Assembly: GCA_965218375.1 (NCBI GenBank)
Contig: OZ244618.1
Location: forward strand, 1,020,705 to 1,084,704
From: Alphaproteobacteria bacterium
GTDB lineage: Bacteria > Pseudomonadota > Alphaproteobacteria > G965218375
Direction: 5' to 3'
Length of the DNA stretch: 64,000 nt
The notes under the pieces are model-generated. The model saw only the letters and a list, made by a program, of their open reading frames with translations, was not told the origin of the DNA and ran no database searches. Of this stretch, positions 38,952 to 48,810 are shown one piece after another. Both the position numbers and the translations under genes were made by a program. Position 1 is the first letter of the stretch. Every line of letters starts with the position of its first letter.

Positions 38952-41592
38952 ACTCAGTCTTTCAAAAAAGAAACTTGAGCTTAAAAAGTCATCAGATGGC
39001 TCTAATTCTAATATTGGTTCGAGCACACGATCAGGACGCAATAAAACCGTGCAGGTTGAAGTGAAGTCCGTCAAGAAGAAGCGTACGGATCCCATTGCTC
39101 AAAAAGTGGGCAGCTCAAATGCTGCGCGTCCGCCTGTTAAAAAACCAGCACGACCCGCCCCAACGCGTGAGACCACAAACACCAATCAAGTGGGGCGCCG
39201 CAATGTACTCCGCGCCTTAACTGATGAAGAAAAAGCTCACCGTCTTAAGGCTCTTGAGCTTTCTAAAATACGTGAGGAACAAGCCCAGATCCTCATGAAG
39301 GAAGAGCAACAAAGAAAAGAACGCGCTGACGAAGAAGAAAAAATCCGGTTAGCAGAGGAAAAAGAGCGCGAGGCCATCGAAGAACAAGCGCGCGCCCAAG
39401 AAGCGCTTTCTCGCCCTCCTGTGGCACCGCAAGAAGAGGCAACCGCACCAGAAGCGCCTGCGCCAAACCTTGAAGCGTCCCAACAAAGTCCAGAGACGCG
39501 CACGCCAACTAAAGCAAAAACAAAACCCCAAGAGACCGAGAAACCTGCCACTCCACACTCTTTTAAAAAGCAAAAAGAAACCACGACTGCAAGTGAGAGC
39601 AATGATCCTCAGTCTGCACGCCTAGGACGACGCACGACTACACCTCAAACCCAGGAAAAATTGCGGACGACTGGCAGACCCACGAACAGTAATCGTCGCG
39701 CTTCAAATCGCGTCTCTTTAGATGATGAATTTGGGCAAAAAACGCGCACCCGCTCTATGGCCTCTGTTCGGCGTAAACAGCAAAAAGAAAAACGCCTTGC
39801 ACAAAATGTTTACCAAGAAAAAGAAAAAGTTATCCGTTACGTCACTGTTCCAGAACTTATTACCGTTCAAGAACTCAGCAACCGTATGGCTGAACGCGGT
39901 GCCGATGTTATCAAAGCGCTCATGAAAATGGGGGTCATAGCAACCATCAACCAAACTATTGATGCCGACACCACTGAGTTAATTATCGAAGAGTTTGGAC
40001 ATAAGATAAATCGTGTTTCTGATGCGGACGTTGAAGATATTTTGGTAACTGCTGATGATAAAGAATCAGACCTTGTCGCCCGTGCACCGGTTGTTACAAT
40101 CATGGGACACGTTGACCATGGAAAAACATCTCTCTTGGATGCAATCCGCAAAACCAATGTTATTAAAACCGAGTCTGGGGGCATTACCCAACATATTGGT
40201 GCATATCAAGTCCAGCAAGGGACCAAAGACGCCATTACTTTCCTTGATACGCCAGGTCACGCTGCCTTTACAAACATGCGTGCACGGGGTGCCAAAGTTA
40301 CGGATATTGTTATCCTTGTTGTTGCTGCCAATGATGGCATCATGCCGCAAACCGTTGAAGCCATTAATCATGCCAAGGCTGCCAATGTTCCTATTATCGT
40401 GGCGATAAACAAGATTGACCTGCCAGCAGCAGATGTAGAGCGTGTGCGTACAGACCTCTTACAACATGGTATTTTGGTTGAGGCAATGTCTGGTGAAGTC
40501 CAAGACGTTGAAATTTCCGCATTAACGGGACATGGGCTCGACACGCTGCTCGAAGCCATTCAACTTCAAGCAGAGGTTCTCGAACTTAAGTCTAACCCTA
40601 CTGCCAACTCCGAAGCGGTTATTATTGAAGCAAAACTTGACAAAGGGCGGGGCCCGATGGCAACAGTCCTCATTAAAAGGGGAACCTTAAAAATTGGAGA
40701 TATTTTTGTTGTTGGTAATACATGGGGTCGCGTTAGGGCTCTTATTAATGACCAAGGCAAACAGATTACATCTGCGGCACCTTCCTATCCTGCTGAGATT
40801 CTTGGCCTGCAAGAGAGTCCTGAGGCGGGTGACAGTCTGATAGTTGTTGAGAGTGAATCAAAAGCACGGGAAATTATTGAGTACCGGTCACGGAAACTCA
40901 AAGATAAACTAGCCTATCGCGGGGTAGTAACCTTAGATCAAATGTTTGCAAAAACAAAAGCAAATATGACTCAAGAATTACCTATTGTGATTAAAACCGA
41001 TGTGCAAGGGTCAGCGGAAGCAATTGCAGTCGCCCTTGAAAAGATCGGTAACTCAGAAGTGAAAGTCCGCAACCTGCACTCTGGTGTTGGGGGGATTACT
41101 GAGTCAGATATCACCCTTGCTGCCGCGTCAAATGCCCTTATTATTGGTTTTAATGTCCGTGCCAATAGCCAAGCACGAGAACTTGCAAAACACAAAGGTA
41201 TAGAAATACGTTATTACAGCATAATTTATGATATTATTAACGACATACGAGACGCCCTCAGCGGTATGCTTTCACCAGAAATACATGAAAGTACTCTGGG
41301 ATATGCCACCGTACAAAAAGTCTTTAATGTAAGTAAGTTAGGGACAATAGCTGGGTGTGTGGTTACAGAAGGTGTCGCTGTCCGTAATATGGGAATCCGT
41401 CAATTACGTGATAATATCGTTATCTACCAAGGTAAAATCAAAAACCTTAAGCGCTTTAAAGATGACGTTAAAGAAGTCCAAAAAGGGTACGAGTGTGGGA
41501 TAACATTTGACCGCCAACAGGATATTAGGGTTGATGATATCATTGAAGTATTCGAACTTAAAGAAACTAAACGTAAGATAGAGGAAACCTAA
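38923..41592 (+). CDS. infB: Translation initiation factor IF-2
   Basis: 889 aa with a low-complexity charged N-terminus and a GTPase domain (GHVDHGKTSLLD, DTPGH, NKID). Overlaps ylxR by 29 nt, so the true start may be slightly later. Confidence 0.95.
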   Translation: MSNQTSPSDKLSLSKKKLELKKSSDGSNSNIGSSTRSGRNKTVQVEVKSVKKKRTDPIAQKVGSSNAARPPVKKPARPAPTRETTNTNQVGRRNVLRALTDEEKAHRLKALELSKIREEQAQILMKEEQQRKERADEEEKIRLAEEKEREAIEEQARAQEALSRPPVAPQEEATAPEAPAPNLEASQQSPETRTPTKAKTKPQETEKPATPHSFKKQKETTTASESNDPQSARLGRRTTTPQTQEKLRTTGRPTNSNRRASNRVSLDDEFGQKTRTRSMASVRRKQQKEKRLAQNVYQEKEKVIRYVTVPELITVQELSNRMAERGADVIKALMKMGVIATINQTIDADTTELIIEEFGHKINRVSDADVEDILVTADDKESDLVARAPVVTIMGHVDHGKTSLLDAIRKTNVIKTESGGITQHIGAYQVQQGTKDAITFLDTPGHAAFTNMRARGAKVTDIVILVVAANDGIMPQTVEAINHAKAANVPIIVAINKIDLPAADVERVRTDLLQHGILVEAMSGEVQDVEISALTGHGLDTLLEAIQLQAEVLELKSNPTANSEAVIIEAKLDKGRGPMATVLIKRGTLKIGDIFVVGNTWGRVRALINDQGKQITSAAPSYPAEILGLQESPEAGDSLIVVESESKAREIIEYRSRKLKDKLAYRGVVTLDQMFAKTKANMTQELPIVIKTDVQGSAEAIAVALEKIGNSEVKVRNLHSGVGGITESDITLAAASNALIIGFNVRANSQARELAKHKGIEIRYYSIIYDIINDIRDALSGMLSPEIHESTLGYATVQKVFNVSKLGTIAGCVVTEGVAVRNMGIRQLRDNIVIYQGKIKNLKRFKDDVKEVQKGYECGITFDRQQDIRVDDIIEVFELKETKRKIEET

Positions 41593-41620
41593 AACAACAC
41601 CCAAAGTCTAAGGAAAAAAG

Positions 41621-42403
41621 ATGAGCAATGAGTCACCTGTTTGCTTTATCACGGGAGCGGGTTCAGGGATTGGACGCCACATAGCCCTTGCCCTGGGGGT
41701 GAAGGGATATCGTGTCGCCATCTGTGATATTAACCCAGATGCCGCCCAAGAGACCCTCACCTTACTTCATCAACAAAACTCTGGAGAAGGGCTTGTCTGT
41801 GGAGCAGACGTCACCAATGAGTCAGACGTCAATGATGCTTTTAAGACGGTGATCCAAAAGTGGGGCAGACTGGATACTCTTGTCTCGAATGCGGGCATAC
41901 AAATTGTTCACCCCATTGAGGATTTTCCTTACGAAGACTTTAAACGCGTGGTTGATATCCATTTAAATGGAGCATTCTTAACAACAAAAGCCGCGGTAAA
42001 GTATATGTATCCGCAAAAATCTGGCCTTTTACTGTATATGGGGTCTGTCCATAGCCATGAGGCCTCCCCCCTGAAATCTGCATATGTTGCCGCAAAACAT
42101 GGTATCCTTGGACTGGCACGGGTCATGGCTAAGGAAGGCGCCCCCCATGGGGTGCGTACCAATGTTATTTGCCCTGGATTCGTTAAAACACCCTTGGTAG
42201 AAAAACAAATTCCCGAGCAAGCACAGGCCCTTGGACTCACAGAAAAAGAGGTAATTGAAAATATCATGCTTAAGGGGACAGTCGACAAACAGTTCACAAC
42301 TTTAGAAGATGTCGCCAACCTGGCCGTCTTTTTATCAGAGTTTCCCTCAAGCGCCCTCACTGGACAGTCAATTACAGTCAGTCATGGATGGAACATGAAC
42401 TAG
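41621..42403 (+). CDS. SDR-family oxidoreductase (3-hydroxybutyrate-dehydrogenase-like)
   Basis: 260 aa with TGAGSGIG Rossmann motif, NAG, S...YxxxK (YVAAKHG). Substrate assignment is tentative. Confidence 0.7.
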   Translation: MSNESPVCFITGAGSGIGRHIALALGVKGYRVAICDINPDAAQETLTLLHQQNSGEGLVCGADVTNESDVNDAFKTVIQKWGRLDTLVSNAGIQIVHPIEDFPYEDFKRVVDIHLNGAFLTTKAAVKYMYPQKSGLLLYMGSVHSHEASPLKSAYVAAKHGILGLARVMAKEGAPHGVRTNVICPGFVKTPLVEKQIPEQAQALGLTEKEVIENIMLKGTVDKQFTTLEDVANLAVFLSEFPSSALTGQSITVSHGWNMN

Positions 42404-42411
42404 CATTACTC

Positions 42412-42906
42412 TTAATATGACACACTTTTTTGCTTGGCACCAAGGCGCTCTACATCAAAGACCACTGGCAGAGTCCCAGAGTTTTTAAAGACTAAGTCAA
42501 ATTTAATCTTAGTGCCGAATATAAAGGGCTTATTTAACCCAAAAAACATAATATGTGTGCCCCCAGGCTTAAGCGTTATACTTTGACCCGCTGGTATTTT
42601 AACGCCCTCCTCCAAGAGGTACATTTGCATGACAGAGTTCTTATTCATTTTCATACTATGTATTTCAATACGGTCAGCAAAATCAGCCAATCCTGAAACC
42701 AGATACTCTGGCGTATTGCCATTGTTAGTAATCGTTAAATAAGCGCTTCCGAACTGAGCGTTTGGAGGCGTTGCGCGCGTCCACCCATTCTCCACACACA
42801 CAGAGCCTGTACACGCGGCAAAACTCAGCCCACTTGAGAGAAAAACCCCTAAAAATCCAATACTTAGAAAAAAACGCCTCAATATCAAATAATGTAAAAT
42901 CACCAT
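42412..42906 (-). CDS. Periplasmic copper chaperone PCu(A)C (DUF461)
   Basis: H(M)x10Mx21HxM-type pattern (IHSMKMNKNSVMQM...GGTHIMFFGL). Signal peptide starts at the internal Met; the ORF track's 5' end (42987) is probably over-extended. Confidence 0.6.
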   Translation of the reverse strand: MVILHYLILRRFFLSIGFLGVFLSSGLSFAACTGSVCVENGWTRATPPNAQFGSAYLTITNNGNTPEYLVSGLADFADRIEIHSMKMNKNSVMQMYLLEEGVKIPAGQSITLKPGGTHIMFFGLNKPFIFGTKIKFDLVFKNSGTLPVVFDVERLGAKQKSVSY

Positions 42907-43002
42907 AAAACACTCCATCAATCTAAAAAAATATATTCTACGCCATGAGAACATAGCAAAACTCGTAAGAATTATGAGCAACAACACTTTGGGAAAGAAA
43001 AA

Positions 43003-43602
43003 TCAATACGACATCGGTTGACGAGAACGAAGAGCAGTTCCCAACGTCCCATCATCTAAATAATCTAACTCACCACCAACGGGAACCCCATGGGCTAAAC
43101 GACTAATAACCGTCACCTTATCTTTTAATAAAGTAGCAACATAGTGAGCGGTTATTTGGCCATCAACAGTGGCATTTGTGGCAATAATCACTTCATGCAC
43201 GCCCCCTAAAGAGACCCGAGAGACGAGGTTATCAAGGGTTAAATCCTCTGGCCCCACGCCATCAACCGCAGACAAACACCCTCCTAAAACATGAAAAAGA
43301 CCATTAAAAATATTAATACGGTCCATAGCCCATAGGTCGCCCACCGTCTCAACAACACAAACAATGCTCGCGTCCCGTTCTGTGTTTTGGCAGTACCCAC
43401 ATGGCACTTGCGTATCAAAGTTCCCGCAAATAGAGCACTGATGTAACGTATCAAGCACCTGATCTATAGCATCTCTAAGGGAAGTTAACGTCTTATCTTT
43501 ACGTTGAATTAGATACACAGCAAGCCGTCGCGCCGAACGCGGCCCAATGCCAGGCAATCGACTAAAACACTTAATCAGACTGTCTATTTCATGACCAATC
43601 AC
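43003..43602 (-). CDS. recR: Recombination protein RecR
   Basis: 199 aa with HhH, a C4 zinc finger (CSICGNFDTQVPCGYC) and a Toprim domain. Confidence 0.9.
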   Translation of the reverse strand: MIGHEIDSLIKCFSRLPGIGPRSARRLAVYLIQRKDKTLTSLRDAIDQVLDTLHQCSICGNFDTQVPCGYCQNTERDASIVCVVETVGDLWAMDRINIFNGLFHVLGGCLSAVDGVGPEDLTLDNLVSRVSLGGVHEVIIATNATVDGQITAHYVATLLKDKVTVISRLAHGVPVGGELDYLDDGTLGTALRSRQPMSY

Positions 43603-43616
43603 CAGAGCGCAAACCC

Positions 43617-43940
43617 CTACTTTCCAAATAAATTCGATAAACTATCTGGCGTTAAGCCCGTCATAAGATTCTGGGTCTCCTCCTGAATGCGTTTCGTGAG
43701 CTTTTTATGAGCATCACGGTACGCCTCAATGATCAAATCCTCCACAACTTCTTTTTCTTCTTTAGAAAATATGCTGGGATCAATGGTCAAACCATACATT
43801 TCATAGGTACCAGTGATCGTGACTTTCACCAACCCGACACCAGAAGAGCCTTCAACCTTAATGTTTTTAATATTTTCCTGACCCTTGAGCATTTCTTCTT
43901 GAGAGCCCTGCATATATTTAAAAATATCGTTTATGTTCAT
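43617..43940 (-). CDS. ybaB: Nucleoid-associated protein YbaB/EbfC
   Basis: 107 aa between dnaX and recR, as in the conserved operon. YbaB-like sequence. Confidence 0.85.
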   Translation of the reverse strand: MNINDIFKYMQGSQEEMLKGQENIKNIKVEGSSGVGLVKVTITGTYEMYGLTIDPSIFSKEEKEVVEDLIIEAYRDAHKKLTKRIQEETQNLMTGLTPDSLSNLFGK

Positions 43941-44002
43941 AATTTTAACTTTCCCATGCTTATTAATTCCAGATTTAAATTAATAGACAATATCATATAA
44001 AG

Positions 44003-45799
44003 TCATTGATTCATCAAAAACCCATGGTCATCGTCTTCAAGCTCAATATTCTCAGAAGCGTAAGCTTCATTCTCAGCACGCCCCCCCCAAGACAGCTTAT
44101 TATGGTCAGAGGCTTCTTGTACTAAGTTTAACTGTGCATCTGGAAACTTCTTAAATATATCAACAACCAAAGCATGATTCATGACTTTTTCGCGCAACAC
44201 CTCTTTAGCGGTAGCCTCTTGCTGATATTTCGTTGCGTCACCCAGCTGGTCACTTACAACCACATTCCAAGTATGTCCTGTCGATTCATGTAACATAGCC
44301 CGTAAGTTCTGCACAATTGACTGCTCAGCTTTTTCAGTTAACCCAATCTCAATCCGCCGCTCTGTGCCGTCAAATGCAACAAGGCGTACGCTGTCTTTAA
44401 GGTTAAAGGCCAGGCGCAATTCTTTCTTCTGCTCTGCCAACATGATGACATCATCAAAGGACATTAAGACAAGACCTTGCTCGCTATGGTTAACAGCGGC
44501 TGCAGGCTGATGTGGGGCACTCTCTTCGAGAGGGGTAGAGTCAAGGGGGGCGGCATCAAACGAGCCTTGAAGCGCCTGCCCCGCAGAACGTGAAGTCTGT
44601 TCCTGAGCACTCCCCCCCGCCATATTGTGAACTTTACGGACAATCTCAGCAGGTGAAGGTAACGTGCTGGCATAGGCTAAACGAATAAGCACCATTTCAG
44701 CAGCACTGACGGGGCGAGGTGCTTTTCGAACATCTTCAATCCCTTTTAACAAAACCTGCCACGCGCAGGTTAAACTCGGCACATTTAATTTGTGGGCAAT
44801 CCGCTCTGCACTGGGGAGGTCAAAGTCATCAGACACATTTTTCATGGCCTGAGGCGCCACATGCATACGGGTCAGCAAATGACTATACTCTAAAAGATCC
44901 GACAAAATAATAATCGGCTCGGCACCAGACGTACACTGATCGACAAACTCTTCTAAAGCCTCAGCGATTTGCCCCGCCATGACTAAAGTAAACAGGTTTT
45001 CGACCCGAGATCGATCCGCAAGACCTAGTGTACTGCGGACGTCGTGGGCTTCAATTGTCATGTCCCCACTAAAGGCAATCACCTGATCAAGCATGCTTAA
45101 AGAGTCTCGAACTGACCCCTCAGATGCCCGAACAATAATTTTTAATCCCTCATCAGAAATATTAACTTTTTCTTGTTCACATATGGAGCGTAGGTGCTTT
45201 TCCAAGGAAGAGGCCTCAACCCGCCGCAAGTCAAACCGCTGACACCGACTTAGAACGGTGACGGGTATGCGTTGTATTTCAGTTGTTGCAAAGATAAACT
45301 TCACATGCTCAGGAGGTTCCTCAAGGGTTTTCAGAAGCGCGTTAAAGGCATTCTTTGATAGCATATGTACTTCATCAATAATGTACACCTTATACCGTCC
45401 CAGGACAGGGCGATAGTTAACACTATCAATAATCTCACGAATATCATCCACACCAGTACGGGATGCCGCATCCATTTCCATGACATCCATATGCCGATCT
45501 GCAAGAATATCTTCGCAATTCTTACAGACACCACACGGAGAAAGCTTTGCTTCCCCTTGTCCATCGGCGCCAATACAATTTAAAGCGCGGGCAATAATCC
45601 GTGCAATTGTCGTTTTTCCAACCCCACGCACGCCAGTAAGAATAAAAGTATGGGCAACTTGACCAGACGCAATAGCGTTAGACAAAATGCGTACAACATG
45701 TGCCTGACCAATAATATCAGCAAATTTTCTTGGACGATACCTACGAGAAAGAGCCAAATACGGTTCTTTATGAGCAGAAGGCTCCATATGAGACACCAC
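44003..45799 (-). CDS. dnaX: DNA polymerase III subunit tau/gamma
   Basis: 598 aa. AAA+ Walker A GVRGVGKTT, zinc module CGVCKNC, and a tau-specific C-terminal domain. Confidence 0.9.
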   Translation of the reverse strand: MVSHMEPSAHKEPYLALSRRYRPRKFADIIGQAHVVRILSNAIASGQVAHTFILTGVRGVGKTTIARIIARALNCIGADGQGEAKLSPCGVCKNCEDILADRHMDVMEMDAASRTGVDDIREIIDSVNYRPVLGRYKVYIIDEVHMLSKNAFNALLKTLEEPPEHVKFIFATTEIQRIPVTVLSRCQRFDLRRVEASSLEKHLRSICEQEKVNISDEGLKIIVRASEGSVRDSLSMLDQVIAFSGDMTIEAHDVRSTLGLADRSRVENLFTLVMAGQIAEALEEFVDQCTSGAEPIIILSDLLEYSHLLTRMHVAPQAMKNVSDDFDLPSAERIAHKLNVPSLTCAWQVLLKGIEDVRKAPRPVSAAEMVLIRLAYASTLPSPAEIVRKVHNMAGGSAQEQTSRSAGQALQGSFDAAPLDSTPLEESAPHQPAAAVNHSEQGLVLMSFDDVIMLAEQKKELRLAFNLKDSVRLVAFDGTERRIEIGLTEKAEQSIVQNLRAMLHESTGHTWNVVVSDQLGDATKYQQEATAKEVLREKVMNHALVVDIFKKFPDAQLNLVQEASDHNKLSWGGRAENEAYASENIELEDDDHGFLMNQ

Positions 45800-45854
45800 T
45801 TGTGATCTCCGATCCGCAATAATAAAGATTGCCTCTTGTGCGACCTTATGAAGT

Positions 45855-45890
45855 TAAAAAATAAAGGCAAGCATTAAATGTAAATGCCTT
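45855..45890 (-). terminator. Intrinsic terminator following the putative ffs
   Basis: Minus strand reads aaggca-[gcatt..aatgc]-tgcctt tatttttt. This is a stem-loop followed by a U-tract immediately 3' of the SRP RNA candidate. Confidence 0.45.
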
Positions 45891-45994
45891 GAGCAGAAGG
45901 CTGAACCATGACCCGTAAATATACCTGTTACGACTGCTTCCTTTCGGACCTGATCGGATTGTCCAGAACCCACGTCCACGTCCAACCTTCCATT
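45891..45994 (-). ncRNA. ffs: Signal recognition particle RNA (small bacterial 4.5S type), boundaries approximate
   Basis: Minus strand contains caggtccGAAAggaagcag, near-identical to the conserved SRP domain IV/helix 8 motif CAGGUCCGGAAGGAAGCAG. The GNRA tetraloop is centred in a ~104-nt hairpin whose ends can pair (ggaaggtt / ggccttct). Position directly upstream of dnaX is typical. Confidence 0.6.
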
Positions 45995-46317
45995 TGTGAC
46001 CATGCAACAAATAAACTAAAAATGCAAGATTTTATTCCCAAACGGCGCGCACAAGGCAGGCCAACGCTGCCATTAACACCGAGAGGTTAAAAAATAATTA
46101 AAAAAATAACAATAAAAATTATCGTCAAACCTTTTCTAAAACTTGACGACACATTAACTCTCTGGCAACCTTAAGGAAATCATACATACATACATACACA
46201 ATAAGTAAATGTGTTTTTTTACTAGGAGTAAATGAATTTCTTAATTTGTTACAATTTTGACCTTAATTTTTTGTAAAACTTAAAGTATTTATTGTTTATA
46301 GAGCGGGCTTTAATCTC

Positions 46318-46614
46318 ATGACCAAATATGAACTAATTACCATACTTGCAAAGTCTAATCCATATCTTTATAAGAAGGACTTAGAGCGCTTTGTAAATAC
46401 ATTTTTCGAAGAAATCTCAAAAACTTTATCCCAAGGAAACCGAGTGGAACTTCGTGGATTCGCCGCCTTTTCTGTCAAGAAACGTCCCCCACGTATCGGA
46501 AGAAACCCACGGACTGGCGATAAGGTTAAAGTACAAGGCAAGAGCGCCGCTTATTTTAAAACTGGCAAGGGTCTCCGCGACCGCCTAAACTCTGTACACC
46601 TACAGCAAAATTGA
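46318..46614 (+). CDS. ihfB: Integration host factor subunit beta
   Basis: 98 aa with [10 protein letters not shown] and C-terminal [13 protein letters not shown], matching the IHF-beta pattern rather than IHF-alpha or HU. Confidence 0.75.
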   Translation: MTKYELITILAKSNPYLYKKDLERFVNTFFEEISKTLSQGNRVELRGFAAFSVKKRPPRIGRNPRTGDKVKVQGKSAAYFKTGKGLRDRLNSVHLQQN

Positions 46615-46847
46615 ACACTGTGAATATTATACGAGCATTTTTCAAAATTTTATCTTTGTTGTTTATCATAGCTTTTGTGGCCATACTAAGTATAAACAAT
46701 AATCAATATTTAAATTTAAGTTTTGCTCCCTTGCCTATTGAAATAACAATTCATTTGATTTTTTTTATTTTAATTGTGCTAACCCTAGGAATATTGATTG
46801 GTTCCTTAAATTGGTTTATATATAATCTGACGCAAAAGAAAAACTAA
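46611..46847 (+). CDS. LapA/YciS-family (DUF1049) small membrane protein
   Basis: 78 aa with two TM helices, overlapping the ihfB stop by 4 nt. ihfB-lapA is a conserved alphaproteobacterial pair. Confidence 0.5.
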   Translation: MNTVNIIRAFFKILSLLFIIAFVAILSINNNQYLNLSFAPLPIEITIHLIFFILIVLTLGILIGSLNWFIYNLTQKKN

Positions 46848-47024
46848 ATAAAACAATAGTCTATATTTAGACATGAAAGCGTAAAATCGACACAAACAGT
46901 CCTAAGGTATACATGTTATTTTGTATTTATCTTGTCGTTTTATTCTTGCTTTGATAAATAAATTTATTAGAGATGTTATATAGATTATAATCTAATGTAT
47001 GTAAAGCTAAAGAAAAGTTAACCA

Positions 47025-47750
47025 ATGAATACAAATGAAAAACAAATAGATAGTCGCCCCGCTTTGCCCAGATTGTTTGTGGCAATTGATACGCCTCACT
47101 TAGATGTTGCTGAGACCCTTGCAAAGGCCTTTCACAAAATAGACGGTGTAGGTCTTAAAGTTGGGATGACGTTTTATTCAACACATGGGCCTCAAGGTGT
47201 TCGTCGTGTTGCCCGAGAGCTTCCCCTTTTTCTTGACCTGAAATTTCACGATATACCCAAAACCGTATATGGCTCGGTTAAAGCAGCAACGAGTACAATG
47301 ATTCCTAAACTGATGACGGTTCATGCTTCAGGGGGGGTTAATATGCTCAACAGTGCGAAGAAAGCCGCAGATGAACACGCCACCCGCCCTCGGGTTGTGG
47401 CCGTGACCATCCTGACCAGCCTTGACGCCAACGACCTTAACCTGATCGGCATGCATAATGAACTCACGCAGCAGTCGTTACGATTAGCGAAAATGAGTCA
47501 AGATGCGAAACTAGACGGTGTTGTCTGCTCTGGTCACGAAGTTTCAGCGATCCGCGACCTCTTAGGTGACAGTGCAACACTTATTGTTCCAGGTGTTCGC
47601 CCTCATCCGATTAACCAAGAAGACCAAAAACGCACTCTTTCTCCAAAAGAAGCGTTTGACCGTGGCGCCACCTCTATTGTCATTGGACGTCCCATCACGT
47701 TAAGTGATAACCCAGTACAAGAAGTTGAGAATATCCTCAAGAATACTTAA
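47025..47750 (+). CDS. pyrF: Orotidine 5'-phosphate decarboxylase
   Basis: 241 aa with the catalytic motif DLKFHDIPKTV and an N-terminal Asp (VAIDTP). Confidence 0.9.
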   Translation: MNTNEKQIDSRPALPRLFVAIDTPHLDVAETLAKAFHKIDGVGLKVGMTFYSTHGPQGVRRVARELPLFLDLKFHDIPKTVYGSVKAATSTMIPKLMTVHASGGVNMLNSAKKAADEHATRPRVVAVTILTSLDANDLNLIGMHNELTQQSLRLAKMSQDAKLDGVVCSGHEVSAIRDLLGDSATLIVPGVRPHPINQEDQKRTLSPKEAFDRGATSIVIGRPITLSDNPVQEVENILKNT

Positions 47751-47819
47751 ACAAAAATACATATATATCCTAACGTATCGGGCGCACATACGGATACTAA
47801 TTTTTAAGGACGACACACT

Positions 47820-48770
47820 ATGGAAGAATCTCAGTCAGGAAAAAGCGGTGGCATTTTTAACATTCAATGGAATACCAACTGGTTAGAACGCCTCCGCCCT
47901 AAACTTAAAAGCTGGAACAAGAAAAATAATTATCCAGAAAACCTATGGGAAACATGTCCAAGTTGTAACCAATTGCTCCACCACCAAGAACTTAAAAAAA
48001 ACTTGCGTATTTGTAGCCATTGCGATCACCACTTGCAACAGCCACCCCATGAGCGCTTCCAATCATTATTTAATAATGGTGAGTATGAAACCCTTCCAGA
48101 AGTCGTCCTACAGAACGCAGACCCCCTTAAATTCCGTGATAGCAAAAAATATACCGATCGTCTGAAGGATGCCCGTGCGAAGACCAAGCAAAAAGATGCC
48201 ATTATCGTTGCCCATGGTAAAATGGGAGGGGACATGAATGTTGTCATCGCCGTACAGAACTTTGCCTTTATGGGCGGAAGCATGGGAGTCGCCGCAGGGG
48301 AGAGTATTATTCGCGGTGTAAACTTAGCCATTGAGACAACAGCGCCCTTTATTATCTTCTCTTCCGCAGGGGGAGCAAGAATGCAAGAAGGTATCTTATC
48401 CTTAATGCAAATGGCCCGCACCACTGCAGCTATAAACCAATTACGGGATGCAAGGCTCCCCTTTATTTCAGTAATGACAGACCCGACCACCGGCGGTGTT
48501 GTCGCAAGTTACGCCATGCTTGGTGATATTAATATTGCGGAACCGAACGCGCGCATTGGTTTTGCTGGTCGCCGCGTTATTGAACAAACAATCCGAGAAA
48601 CCCTACCTGCAGGATTCCAAAGATCAGAGTTTCTCTTACAACATGGTATGTTAGACATGATTACGCACCGTAAAGAAATGCGGAATATCCTAATTAAAAG
48701 CATTGCTATTCTTACCAACCATCCTCCTAACCTTGCGACACAATACTTAGGTCCACCAGCTACAAAGTAA
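47820..48770 (+). CDS. accD: Acetyl-CoA carboxylase carboxyltransferase subunit beta
   Basis: 316 aa with an N-terminal C4 zinc finger (CPSCNQLL...CSHCDHH) and a carboxyltransferase domain. Confidence 0.9.
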   Translation: MEESQSGKSGGIFNIQWNTNWLERLRPKLKSWNKKNNYPENLWETCPSCNQLLHHQELKKNLRICSHCDHHLQQPPHERFQSLFNNGEYETLPEVVLQNADPLKFRDSKKYTDRLKDARAKTKQKDAIIVAHGKMGGDMNVVIAVQNFAFMGGSMGVAAGESIIRGVNLAIETTAPFIIFSSAGGARMQEGILSLMQMARTTAAINQLRDARLPFISVMTDPTTGGVVASYAMLGDINIAEPNARIGFAGRRVIEQTIRETLPAGFQRSEFLLQHGMLDMITHRKEMRNILIKSIAILTNHPPNLATQYLGPPATK

Positions 48771-48810
48771 CGACGACCACCATCATTTTTATCGGGAGAA
48801 CCCCACGTTT

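Noticed and set aside
39237-39602. Several 70-120 aa minus-strand ORFs (also 39293..39508, 39349..39573, 39867..40184, 40368..40559) inside infB
   Set aside because: They are antisense to the low-complexity charged N-terminal region and GTPase domain of IF-2. They are Ala/Ser/Arg-rich translations typical of antisense frames.
44003-45799. Programmed -1 frameshift site (A AAA AAG) in dnaX for a gamma subunit
   Set aside because: I found no A AAA AAG heptamer in the coding strand, so gamma is probably not made by frameshifting here.
45908-46090. 60-aa plus-strand ORF upstream of dnaX
   Set aside because: It lies on top of the SRP RNA candidate and its terminator, in an otherwise non-coding promoter region. 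The composition is not coding-like.
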